Of a stretch of DNA of 35,627 nucleotides, positions 1 through 8,223 are shown piece by piece. Source of the stretch: an uncultured Planctomycetota bacterium (lineage in GTDB: Bacteria > Planctomycetota > PUPC01). Under the pieces are notes generated by a model. The model saw nothing but the letters and a program-made list of their open reading frames with translations, was not told the origin of the DNA and did not search any database. The stretch lies in assembly GCA_964494245.1 (NCBI GenBank), contig CAZBRH010000007.1:3566-39192 (forward strand), written 5' to 3'. The stretch's first letter is position 1, and each line of letters opens with the position of its first letter. The translations under genes and the position numbers were made by a program.

Positions 1-935
1 GTGCGGCGTTCGAGCGCGAAGCAGATGCGGCTGAAGATTTCGCGGAGCTCGTTGCTGGTCGGCGCACCGTGGAAGGTTCCTCCGGTTCGGCGCGCGATCA
101 GGCGGAGGACATCTGCGTCGGCTTCATCCGAAAGGCCGATGGTGAAGACGGGCCAGCCGGATTCGACAAAGATGCGGTGGGTGTCGGCGTATGGTCTTGG
201 CTCGTTCTTCCCATCGGTAAGGAGGACAGCGGCCTTGCGGGCGCTGGGACCGCGGGAGAGCTCCGAATGAGCGCGTGTGAGCGCGGCGCCGATGTCTGTG
301 CGGCCGAACGCACCGATCTGGTCGATGGCTCTGTGCAGGACGTCGCGGTCTGAGGGTGCGGTGGCCGGCACGAGCGTCTGGCTCCGCTCGTCGAAGGCGA
401 CAATGCAGATGCTGCGGATGCGATTGCCGGAGGCGGCGAGGTCTACGAACTGTTTCGCAGCGGCGACGCGGAGCCGCTCGGGGTCGGTGCGACGCATGCT
501 GAAGGACTGGTCGATGATGAGCGCGACGTCGAGTTGGGGGGGCAAGTATTCGAGTTCGCGTTCGAGAGCGGCAGCGGCGAGGATGCGTCCCTCGCGCCGC
601 ACACGCAGTTCGAGCACGTATCTGCCGCGGTCGAGGACGGGCAGTGCGCGGACGTCGAAGAACCAAATGCCGCGCAGCCGCCGAGCGATGAAGCCGAGCC
701 GCTTGACTGCGGCGACTTCGGTGCTCTCCGCGGGCCGCAGGACGAGTTCGAAGTCGCCGGAACTGAGTTCGGGCACGTCGGGCGCCAGTTCGGCGCGAAC
801 CATAAGCCCTTCGCCCAGGTCCGCGGCCCGTGGCGCGGCGGGATGCGAGACGAGCGAAAGGCGGATTTCGGCGGCGTGCGCGAACGCCCCGCCAAGGAAC
901 AGGCCGAAAACAAGCGCAAGGCGGACTCTGCTCAC
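1..935 (-). CDS. Secreted von Willebrand factor type A (vWA) domain protein; 3' end runs off the window; not in the supplied ORF track
   Basis: Manual minus-strand translation from GTG at 935-933. It gives VSRVRLALVFGLFLGGAFAHA (signal peptide), then LDVALIIDQSFSMRRTD (DxSxS MIDAS motif), GRTDIGAAL, AAVLLTDGKNE and FTIGLSDEADADVLRLIARRTGGTFH. The frame stays open to position 1. The start lies 2 nt after the ExbD stop (TAG at 940-938). Confidence 0.75.
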   Translation of the reverse strand, partial: MSRVRLALVFGLFLGGAFAHAAEIRLSLVSHPAAPRAADLGEGLMVRAELAPDVPELSSGDFELVLRPAESTEVAAVKRLGFIARRLRGIWFFDVRALPVLDRGRYVLELRVRREGRILAAAALERELEYLPPQLDVALIIDQSFSMRRTDPERLRVAAAKQFVDLAASGNRIRSICIVAFDERSQTLVPATAPSDRDVLHRAIDQIGAFGRTDIGAALTRAHSELSRGPSARKAAVLLTDGKNEPRPYADTHRIFVESGWPVFTIGLSDEADADVLRLIARRTGGTFHGAPTSNELREIFSRICFALERR

Positions 936-937
936 AC

Positions 938-1348
938 CTACCGACTCTCTCTCGTCACAATCGAGACGGTCTTGATTCCGGCCTTCTGGCACAGTTCCAG
1001 CACGGCGACGGTGTGCTTGTGGTAAACGAGGGCGTCGCCGCGAACCTTGACAACGAGCTTCGGGTTTTCCTTGACGCCTTCGATCAGCTTCTGTTGAAGT
1101 TCGTCGGTGGTCAGGATGCGGCCACTGACAACAAGGACGCCGCCTTGACGGACGTTGACGATGATTTCGTCGGGCGTCTTCTTCATCGCCGTCCCTTCGC
1201 TGACTTCGGGGAGCTTGACGGCTTGGTCGCGTTCCGGGTCGCTGAACCGCGTCGCCACGAGGAAGAAGATGAGGAGCAGAAACACCATGTCGATGAGCGG
1301 CGCGAGGGCGATCTCGAAGCGTTCATCGGATTCTCGACGGATACGCAT
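938..1348 (-). CDS. Biopolymer transport protein, ExbD/TolR family
   Basis: Track ORF 938..1477, trimmed to the internal ATG at 1348. This gives MRIRRESDERFEIALAPLIDMVFLLLIFFLV (a single N-terminal TM helix) followed by a typical ExbD periplasmic domain (IIVNVRQGGVLVVSGRILT...VKVRGDALVYHKHTVAVLELCQKAGI). The ATG overlaps the ExbB stop by 1 nt (TGATG). The 43 upstream codons are Arg/Gly-rich and overlap exbB. Confidence 0.8.
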   Translation of the reverse strand: MRIRRESDERFEIALAPLIDMVFLLLIFFLVATRFSDPERDQAVKLPEVSEGTAMKKTPDEIIVNVRQGGVLVVSGRILTTDELQQKLIEGVKENPKLVVKVRGDALVYHKHTVAVLELCQKAGIKTVSIVTRESR

Positions 1349-2226
1349 CACTCGCTCCCGGCGGCGTGAAGTTCCACCTTCTCCTCCTCCGTCTTGCGGC
1401 CGCGCAGCCGCAGCAGCAGATCGCCGATGACTTCCTCGATTTCCGAAATGATCGCCTCGGCCTTGCCGTGCAGCCAAGCGTGGCAGACGAGCATCGGAAT
1501 CGCCACGCTCAACCCAAAGAGCGTAGTCAGGAGCGCCTCGTAAATGTCGTTCGCAAAAGCATTCGGGTTGCCCATCGTGTCGCCCGTGGCCATTGTGCGG
1601 AACGCGCCGATCATTCCGAGGACGGTGCCGAGCAGCCCCAGGAGCGGCGCGATGGATGCGATAATGCCGACGGGGCGGACGTTCCGCCGGAGTTGCCAGA
1701 GTTCGCGGATGCCGGCTTCTTCCGCGGCGCGCTCCATCTCCTGAATCGTGCCTGACTGCCGGAGCAAGGCCGCCTTGATGATCCGCGCCAGCGAACAGGG
1801 CGTTTCTTCAGCAAGCGCGATGGCTCCGGCGATGTCCATCGCATCCAACTGCCGCATCAACTGGTCCTGAAAATGCTCTGGCAACGTGTTCTTCCGCCGC
1901 AGTGCCACGGCCCGCTCGATGACAAAGGCCAGACCGACCAGCGAGATGAACGCAATCGGATACATGATCGGCCCGCCCCTGTGGAACCAGTCCCACGCGC
2001 TCGTAAAGAGGCCGCCCAGTTCCGCGGTTTTTGCTGGCGGAGACGTGGGAGCAAGCTCAGCCCCGGCTCCGGGCGGCGCCGATGCGGCCATCAGGACAAT
2101 AAGCACGGTTAGAGCAGCATGTTGCAAGGCGGGTGCCCTCTTCTGGACACACAATCCCCGCAGGGCCGTCGCGGGGCGGGAACTCGCGACGCCCTCGAAG
2201 GAAAGGCCGGAACGGCGACATTTCAA
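1348..2226 (-). CDS. MotA/TolQ/ExbB proton-channel family protein
   Basis: 292-aa ORF with the conserved C-terminal core GIIASIAPLLGLLGTVLGMIGAF...ALLTTLFGLSVAIPMLV and an N-terminal hydrophobic segment (LTVLIVLMAASAPPGAGA). The true start is uncertain; a TTG about 26 codons downstream (near 2150) is possible. Confidence 0.8.
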   Translation of the reverse strand: MKCRRSGLSFEGVASSRPATALRGLCVQKRAPALQHAALTVLIVLMAASAPPGAGAELAPTSPPAKTAELGGLFTSAWDWFHRGGPIMYPIAFISLVGLAFVIERAVALRRKNTLPEHFQDQLMRQLDAMDIAGAIALAEETPCSLARIIKAALLRQSGTIQEMERAAEEAGIRELWQLRRNVRPVGIIASIAPLLGLLGTVLGMIGAFRTMATGDTMGNPNAFANDIYEALLTTLFGLSVAIPMLVCHAWLHGKAEAIISEIEEVIGDLLLRLRGRKTEEEKVELHAAGSE

Positions 2227-2511
2227 GTATACACAAACGCCCGCCGAACGGGAAGCACAACTCAGCGCCTTTCCGTGGTTCAGAGAGTCTGCGTCATTCT
2301 CTCTGGTGGCCGCCGAAGGCCGTCCTTTTGGAGCGCGGCGGCAGGACGCCGATTATGGCGACCGACCTCGGCCAATGGGTGCCACGGGGCATGCAATTTA
2401 CTGCGACGGTGGTAGAAAGTTTTAGAACCCCTGGCACCATCTGACCGACGCGGACTCCAAGACGAGGGCCGCTCTTCAAAAAACTGGGGAAGCCCCGGCC
2501 GTTTCCGAATA

Positions 2512-2540
2512 TTGACCGAGTGCGCGAAACGGTATATGAT
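2512..2540 (+). promoter_or_regulatory. Putative sigma70-type promoter upstream of the WG-repeat gene
   Basis: TTGACC (2512-2517), 17-nt spacer, TATGAT (2535-2540). It lies about 80 nt upstream of the ATG at 2619. Pattern match only. Confidence 0.35.
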
Positions 2541-2618
2541 TTAGGTGCGCGGTGCGAAACGACGAACTTAGGGGCGTGAACGATGTGCTTCCGGCCAATT
2601 TAGCAGCGAGGTTGCGCT

Positions 2619-3758
2619 ATGAGAATGCTTGATGGTTCAAGTGCGTTGCACGGGGGGCCATCCGTGCTCGGGACAAGAAGATCGCTCGCGGCAGTTGGGG
2701 CGCTGCTCGCCCTCGCGCTGGTCTTCGCAACAGCGCCGCTCAGCGGACAAGAAGCCGCAGCAGTGCCGGACGACGGGCCGGTGAAGCTCTTCCCCATCGT
2801 CAGGGATGGGAAGTGGGGCTACATGGACGAGACCGGCAAGGTGGTCATCGAGCCGCAATACGAAGCGGCGTATGATTTCTCCGAAGGGCTTGCGTGCGTC
2901 ATCGTCAACGGCTGGCGCGGCTTCATCGACCGCACAGGCGCGATGGTCATCAAGCCGGACCTCGCGTGGGCGGGGCGGTTCCACGAAGGCCTCGCGCCGG
3001 TGTACAACGAAAAGAACGATTTCGCTGGGCGACCGCAGTTCTACCGGCCGAGCGGCGGGCGGTTCTGCTGCATCGACAAGAAGGGCAAGGTCGTGTCCGA
3101 CTGCTCGACCGCAGGGTTCCGCGAGGGGAAGACCGTGGTGGCGCGGAACCACTGCCTGGGCAGGGACGGCAAGGAAATCAAGCACGACGCCGATGAGCTC
3201 TACCTTTTTTCGGAGGGGCTGGCGGGGGCGAGAAAGGGCGTCCTGTGGGGCTACCTTGACCACTCGATGAAGTGGGCGATTCCGCCGCAGTTCCACAAGG
3301 TGGACAGTTTCTCGGGCGGGCTGGCGGCTGTGGCGAAGGCGGACCCCCCGCCGCCCGAAACCGGGCGGTCGTGGGATTGGGAGAAAAGGACCAAGTTCAC
3401 CTGGGGCTTTTGCGACAAGGAAGGCAAGATGGTCATCGACTTCAAGTTCGAAGATGCCTGGCCGTTTTCGGAGGGGCTGGCGGCGGTTCGCCTCGGCGGC
3501 AAGTGGGGCTACATCGACGCGGCGGGCAAGGTCGTGGTCGAGCCGGCATACGACCACGCATGGCCCTTCTCCGAAGGACTGGGGCGGGTGCTCGTGAAAG
3601 AGAAGCAGGGTTATATAGACCGCGAGGGGAAGATGGTCATCCAGCCCCAATATCAGCCAGCGTGGGAGTTTTCGATGGGGCTGGCACGCGTGGCGATTGA
3701 AGGAAAAGAGGGCTACATCAATCACAAGGGCGAATATGTCTGGACGCCGACGAAGTGA
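2619..3758 (+). CDS. WG (KWG-type) beta-repeat secreted protein
   Basis: 379 aa with an N-terminal hydrophobic signal/anchor (LAAVGALLALALVFATAPLSG). It carries about 8-9 copies of the unit GKWGYID..GK.VI.P.Y..A..FSEGLA.V, for example DGKWGYMDETGKVVIEPQYEAAYDFSEGLACV and GGKWGYIDAAGKVVVEPAYDHAWPFSEGLGRV. A GAGG motif lies 7 nt upstream of the ATG. Confidence 0.85.
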   Translation: MRMLDGSSALHGGPSVLGTRRSLAAVGALLALALVFATAPLSGQEAAAVPDDGPVKLFPIVRDGKWGYMDETGKVVIEPQYEAAYDFSEGLACVIVNGWRGFIDRTGAMVIKPDLAWAGRFHEGLAPVYNEKNDFAGRPQFYRPSGGRFCCIDKKGKVVSDCSTAGFREGKTVVARNHCLGRDGKEIKHDADELYLFSEGLAGARKGVLWGYLDHSMKWAIPPQFHKVDSFSGGLAAVAKADPPPPETGRSWDWEKRTKFTWGFCDKEGKMVIDFKFEDAWPFSEGLAAVRLGGKWGYIDAAGKVVVEPAYDHAWPFSEGLGRVLVKEKQGYIDREGKMVIQPQYQPAWEFSMGLARVAIEGKEGYINHKGEYVWTPTK

Positions 3759-3804
3759 ATCGGTTGTCCGCTCACAAATAACCGGCGCAGGAAAGGAGAT
3801 GCCC

Positions 3805-5577
3805 ATGAAACCGTTGATTGTTCTGGTGTTGCTCGTTGCGTCGTCGGTGGCGACAGCGCAAGACACAAAGCCGGCGGCTGAAATCTTGCTCTACGACACC
3901 GTAAAGCCCACGGACATCGGCGACGTGGCGGCGTCCATCGTCGCCGAGGACTGGAAGCGCATTGAGCGGGACGGCGCTCCGGAGGGCGACGCGGTGCTCA
4001 TCAACGGCGCGGTCGCCGTAGTCGTGCGAAAGGACGGTCGGGGGGCCGACCTATACGCGAAAGGGGCGGAGGGCTGGGCGCGGCGGGCAGGGCTTGCTCC
4101 CGCCGCCGCGGGAAAGGGTCTCAACACGGGCGCCATCAAGGCGGTCGGCGTTGACGACGCTTCCCCAACCGTCGAGGTAGCCGTCCCCGGGGTCGAGGGC
4201 GGCGCGGTGGTCTTCGGTCTCAAGGACCCGGTGCTGCCGGCGGTGAAGGTGACCGCTCGCGGCCCCGTCGAGGCGCTGCGCATTCTTGCGCCGTGCCGGC
4301 TGGGCGTGCTGCCGGACTTCTTTGCCGATGACCTTGTGGTCGATGCCCGCCGGATTACGGTCGAGCGGACGGAGATTCCGAGCGACAATTTCTTCCTGCA
4401 CATGGTGGGCGACGGGAGCTCGATTCTGGCGGCGGTCTGGGAGAATAACGAGAGAGACCTGCAAGTCGGCCTCAGCGGCGAAGGAGAGAACCGCGTCATC
4501 GCATCGACGGACGTCTTCTTCAGCTCCGGTGGGGTCATCTGGGTGGCCGCGCTGGAGCAGAAAGGCATCTGGTATTCGCGGCACCTCACGAAGGAAGAGG
4601 GCATCGCGGGCGTAACGCTCGACTGGGCCGTTCCCTTCATCGCGAAATGGAAGGGAAACTTCACCCACGAGGACGGCCTGGTCGGAAGCCGGCTCTTTGC
4701 CTACGGGAGAGACGGGGGCATCGAAGGCCGCCCCGGCTCGCTCAAGGCGGTCGTCCAACCGATCAATAAGGACCGGCAGACGATGAACAAGGATTTTGTC
4801 GGGGGGCCGGAGGGGCTTATGGTTGTCTATCCGATCAGCCGAACGAAGGAGACGCCGCTCGACCGGCTGTGCCTCGACGACCTGCTCCGCGAGTGCCTGG
4901 GTTCGCAGCCCTGCGCGTTCATCCTCGATATTTCGGCGCGGACGAGCACGAACAAGGGCATCTTCACCTGCTCCTACGGGGCGACGTTCGGGAAGATCAT
5001 CCCCCGCGAACTCCCGCGCTACGAGCGGGTCGCCGCAATGACGCTCAAGGAGGAGCGGGCGTTCGTCCGCAGGCAGAACGAGGACGTGCTTCTCTTCATC
5101 ACTCATATTCAGGACCGGATCAACGGCTACGTGGATTTTCTCCGCTGGCTGCATCAGTACCTCGATGAGCAGGAGAAGGAGCGCCCTGAACTGGCCGCCT
5201 TCATCGGAAGAATGAGGAATCTGGCCAAGCGGGAGATGTTTATGTACGGTGGCAGGCGCGAGAACCCGATCCGGACGGCCGACGGCGCGAAGCGGGCGGA
5301 GCCGATCCTTGCGAAGGTTTATCAAGCGCTCGAAGTGGACATTCCAGAACGCGCCACCGCCGCGCTTGGGGCCGTCCCCGCTATCCCGCAGAGCATCGGC
5401 GACCCGCAGGACCTTCGCGTCGCGCAGCTTCGCGTCCGAACCCGGCAACTTCGCTCGATGGCGACAATGGAGATGGCGATGAACCCCGCCGCGTCCGAAG
5501 TCGCCAAAGAAATCCGTAAGCGGACCGATGCTGCGCTCCGCAACCCGGCAGGATACGAAAGGGCCGTGACCTGGTAG
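3805..5577 (+). CDS. Hypothetical secreted protein; no domain recognised
   Basis: Track ORF 3697..5577 trimmed. AGGAG at 3794-3798 is followed by ATG at 3799 and ATG at 3805. The 3805 start gives MKPLIVLVLLVASSVATAQD, a clean signal peptide. Codon usage is coherent, and the long antisense ORF 4051..5592 is Arg/Pro-rich junk. Confidence 0.7.
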   Translation: MKPLIVLVLLVASSVATAQDTKPAAEILLYDTVKPTDIGDVAASIVAEDWKRIERDGAPEGDAVLINGAVAVVVRKDGRGADLYAKGAEGWARRAGLAPAAAGKGLNTGAIKAVGVDDASPTVEVAVPGVEGGAVVFGLKDPVLPAVKVTARGPVEALRILAPCRLGVLPDFFADDLVVDARRITVERTEIPSDNFFLHMVGDGSSILAAVWENNERDLQVGLSGEGENRVIASTDVFFSSGGVIWVAALEQKGIWYSRHLTKEEGIAGVTLDWAVPFIAKWKGNFTHEDGLVGSRLFAYGRDGGIEGRPGSLKAVVQPINKDRQTMNKDFVGGPEGLMVVYPISRTKETPLDRLCLDDLLRECLGSQPCAFILDISARTSTNKGIFTCSYGATFGKIIPRELPRYERVAAMTLKEERAFVRRQNEDVLLFITHIQDRINGYVDFLRWLHQYLDEQEKERPELAAFIGRMRNLAKREMFMYGGRRENPIRTADGAKRAEPILAKVYQALEVDIPERATAALGAVPAIPQSIGDPQDLRVAQLRVRTRQLRSMATMEMAMNPAASEVAKEIRKRTDAALRNPAGYERAVTW

Positions 5578-5647
5578 GCGACGGGTATCCATCCGCCCGC
5601 GCGGGCTGATCCAGAACGGCCAGTAGGGACAACCCCGCCACTGGTCG

Positions 5648-7498
5648 CTATCGCTTCTTCGGCAGCTGGTTCAAGAGCCAGTGGTCGCAGGACGGGTAGT
5701 ATCCGCCGACAGTCCGCAGGAAGTCGCCGTTGCCGTCGCGCAGGACCGCCTTTTTGTATTTTTCGTCGCCGGTGAGGTGGTAGAGTGCGGCGAAGAGCGT
5801 GGGCACCTTGCGGGCGTTCGCCTCCTTATCCTCGGCAAGCGTCTTGCAGAGTTCGAGCATCCGCGGGTCGCCGGTGGTCACGGCGGTCATTGCAACGGCC
5901 CGGCAGTAGATGCTGGTGAACCACCAGTTGACGTCTCCGGGGTTCCGGCCGGCCGACGCCAGCGGGCCTTTGCCGACATATTGAGCGTGGGTTTTCATCA
6001 CGTCCTCGAGGCACGCCTCGGCGGCCTTGTCGCCGGTAAGTTCCCAGTAGCGATAGAGTGCCCGCCAGCCCCAGCCGAGCGCCCGCCATTGCCAGCTTCC
6101 GGTGAGCGCCGAGCCGCCGCGCCCGGCGAAGTAGCCGCCGTGCGCCGCCGCGATGCGCATGTGTTCGAGGGAGCGGACGTCGCCGAAGAGCAGATAACGG
6201 TCGTAGACGAGGTCGAGCACGGTGTGTTCGGGGTTGGGGAAGGGCCATTCGGAACGCGACCAGCGGCCCGCGCTGTATTTTTCGTATTCTTCGCCCTTCG
6301 GCTGCGGGCGGTTTGTCCAGTCCTCGCTGCGGTTGGCCCGGCGGAACTCCTGCCAGTCTTTGAACCCGAAGGGGTCCTGGCCGTCGATGCGCCCGGTGCG
6401 GACGTCGCGGAAGTGGCGGCTGCGGTTGTCGCCAACCTCGAACCACATCGGCGAGCCGGTGACATACCATCGCCAGAGGAAATTGTCCTGGTCGATGGGC
6501 TGGCGGGCGCCGCGTTTCCCATGTCCGCCATTGCTCCGCCAGCGTTCGCCCCAAACCTGCCAGCCGTAGGCGTTGCCGTAGAGTTGGTCGGTTGTCAGCA
6601 TGCGCGGGCCTTCGGGAACGATGCGGGTGTCGGGACGGACGTCTTCGGGCGTGACGATGGGCGGGGTGAAAGGGGCGTCGGCGAGAGCGCCGCATTCGCC
6701 CGAATGCTCGACGGGCGGGCGGAACATCAGCCGGCCGTCCCAGCAGGCGGCCCATGCATCGGCCATCGGCCTGCTCGTGTCGTCCTTCGCGTAGCCCGAT
6801 TTCGTCCCAGGGCCGTAGAAGTGCAGTACAATCTCGTGTCCTTTGGCCGACGTATCTTCGATGAAGTGCACGACCTTGCATTCGCCGGGGAAGAGGCCGA
6901 GTCGGACGCGGCCGGTCGCCGCGACCTCGACGGCTTTCGGGAACTGCTGCCAGAACTTCTTGGTGTGCACGATGAGGCCGCCGCGGGCTGTCCGGATATG
7001 CGCGAGGCCGCGGGCATGATCGCCCTCGGCTGCAACTTCTCCGGCCTCGTCCGGCGTGGTCGGCGGCGCGATTGCGGCGCCTTCGCGCCGATACACGCGG
7101 TAGCCGCGGAAGCTCGTCACCGTGCCCTTCGGGTATGACCAGCCGGGCGAGTCCATGTGCCCGAAGCCGGGGCACGCCGCCCAGGTGTCGGCGCCGTTCG
7201 AGTCCTGGTAGAGGCAGACCGATCCTTTGTCGGCCAGCTTGAACTCGTGCGACTTGTCCTTGTCGCCGAAGAGCGTGACCGCCTCGGCGCGGTCGGCGAG
7301 GTTGAGCACGAGCGAGGCGTCCTCGAACGTCGGCGAGCCGATGCTCTTCGGTGGGTTGTTCGTGATGATGACGTCGCTGTAAACATCCGTGCTGCCCGCG
7401 TAGAAGTTGAGGAAGACATCATAGCCATAGATTCCCGGCGAATAGCCCTTGCCGGGCGGGGCGACGTGCCGCCCGCGGGCGCGGACGCAGACGCGCAT
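5648..7498 (-). CDS. C-terminal two-thirds of a PcRGLX-like (exo-rhamnogalacturonan-lyase-like) glycan-active protein, separated from its N-terminal part by one in-frame TAG
   Basis: 616-aa ORF with a beta-sandwich-like middle region. The Trp/Gly-rich helical C-terminal part (WQWRALGWGWRALYRYWELTGD, NWWFTSIYCRAVAMTAV) fits an alpha/alpha toroid. Its ATG at 7498 is in frame with the upstream ORF 7508..8122, 3 codons after that ORF's TAG. The family call is from memory of bacterial PcRGLX-like proteins. Confidence 0.6.
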   Translation of the reverse strand: MRVCVRARGRHVAPPGKGYSPGIYGYDVFLNFYAGSTDVYSDVIITNNPPKSIGSPTFEDASLVLNLADRAEAVTLFGDKDKSHEFKLADKGSVCLYQDSNGADTWAACPGFGHMDSPGWSYPKGTVTSFRGYRVYRREGAAIAPPTTPDEAGEVAAEGDHARGLAHIRTARGGLIVHTKKFWQQFPKAVEVAATGRVRLGLFPGECKVVHFIEDTSAKGHEIVLHFYGPGTKSGYAKDDTSRPMADAWAACWDGRLMFRPPVEHSGECGALADAPFTPPIVTPEDVRPDTRIVPEGPRMLTTDQLYGNAYGWQVWGERWRSNGGHGKRGARQPIDQDNFLWRWYVTGSPMWFEVGDNRSRHFRDVRTGRIDGQDPFGFKDWQEFRRANRSEDWTNRPQPKGEEYEKYSAGRWSRSEWPFPNPEHTVLDLVYDRYLLFGDVRSLEHMRIAAAHGGYFAGRGGSALTGSWQWRALGWGWRALYRYWELTGDKAAEACLEDVMKTHAQYVGKGPLASAGRNPGDVNWWFTSIYCRAVAMTAVTTGDPRMLELCKTLAEDKEANARKVPTLFAALYHLTGDEKYKKAVLRDGNGDFLRTVGGYYPSCDHWLLNQLPKKR

Positions 7499-7507
7499 CG
7501 GCCCCGA

Positions 7508-8122
7508 CTAGATGATCTCGACGCTCTCGGTTCCGTCGCTGCCGAGGTATGGCTGCCCGAACGTGTCGTGCACGACGGTCCCGGCCATGTCGCCGCCTGC
7601 CAGCACGTTCTCGTCGTCGGTCAACTTGCCGTCGCCGTTCAGGTCTATCACGGCCTTGTCGATGAAGTTGAACTTCTTGCGGTTGACGACGAAGCGCGCG
7701 GCGCCGGTATTGACCTCGATCGCGTCGTCGGTCTGCCGCACACTGACGCCAACTCGCTTCTCGGGCGGGAAGACGACCGACTTGGCATCGGCGAGGTAGA
7801 AGGACTTGGCGGCGCCGGCATCGATGGTCGTAGCGGCATCGACGAGCACCCAGCGGATGGAGTCGTCCTTCCGCCACCAGCGGGCGAGGACGCGGAACTG
7901 CGCAGGCACGGCGTTCAGGCGGCCAGCGTCGTCCTTCAGAGCGAGGGCGAACTCGCTGGTCTCCTTAGCCTGCCCGGGCAGGAGCGGGACGCCGCAGGTG
8001 ATATACCTCGGTCCGGCTGCGCCGACCGCGTCCTTCACATCCAGCTTGATTTCCCAGCCGGCGGCCGACCCGGCCAGACACGCCATGGCCATCGCCGCCG
8101 TCCATGCACTCAATCGCCTCAT
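7508..8122 (-). CDS. N-terminal part (signal peptide plus RIFT-barrel-like domain) of the same PcRGLX-like protein
   Basis: 204 aa beginning MRRLSAWTAAMAMACLAGSAAG (signal peptide). The following YITCGVPLLPGQAKETSEFAL...AVPAQFRVLARWWRKDDSIRWVLVD resembles the N-terminal domain of PcRGLX-like proteins. AAGGAG lies 7 nt upstream of the ATG at 8122. The ORF ends at TAG 7510-7508. Confidence 0.6.
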   Translation of the reverse strand: MRRLSAWTAAMAMACLAGSAAGWEIKLDVKDAVGAAGPRYITCGVPLLPGQAKETSEFALALKDDAGRLNAVPAQFRVLARWWRKDDSIRWVLVDAATTIDAGAAKSFYLADAKSVVFPPEKRVGVSVRQTDDAIEVNTGAARFVVNRKKFNFIDKAVIDLNGDGKLTDDENVLAGGDMAGTVVHDTFGQPYLGSDGTESVEII

Positions 8123-8223
8123 CGCTCGACTCCTTACCGTGCGTTCCTATTCGGCCACCGAAAGAGCGGTTTCGAGCAACATACTACTGAAAAGGCGCGG
8201 AATCAACCGCTGATAGCCGCCAA

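Noticed and set aside
1348-2226. Possibility that the MotA/ExbB-like and ExbD-like pair is a Zorya-type (ZorAB) defence motor.
   Set aside because: The MotA-family protein is only about 290 aa and lacks the long C-terminal tail of ZorA. The partner is a plain ExbD/TolR with no peptidoglycan-binding MotB domain. No ZorC/D-like helicase or nuclease genes follow.
2637-3866. Very long ORFs antisense to the genes called above: 2637..3866(-), 4051..5592(-), 5681..7138(+), 5826..7175(-), 8353..9738(+), 9719..11020(+), 11093..12076(+), 13363..15141(-), 17470..19254(-), 20236..22527(+), 22938..24194(+), 25401..26219(+), 27596..29320(-), 30549..31916(-) and 33222..34352(-).
   Set aside because: Their translations are Arg/Pro/Gly/Ala-rich low-complexity text with no motifs. 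Each mirrors a gene on the other strand that has clear domain signatures. Long stop-free antisense frames are expected in DNA of this GC content.
5595-5606. The palindrome GCCCGCGCGGGC between convergent genes as an intrinsic terminator.
   Set aside because: A hairpin would have at most a 4-bp stem once a loop is allowed. There is no T-tract on either strand. It is indistinguishable from chance in GC-rich DNA.
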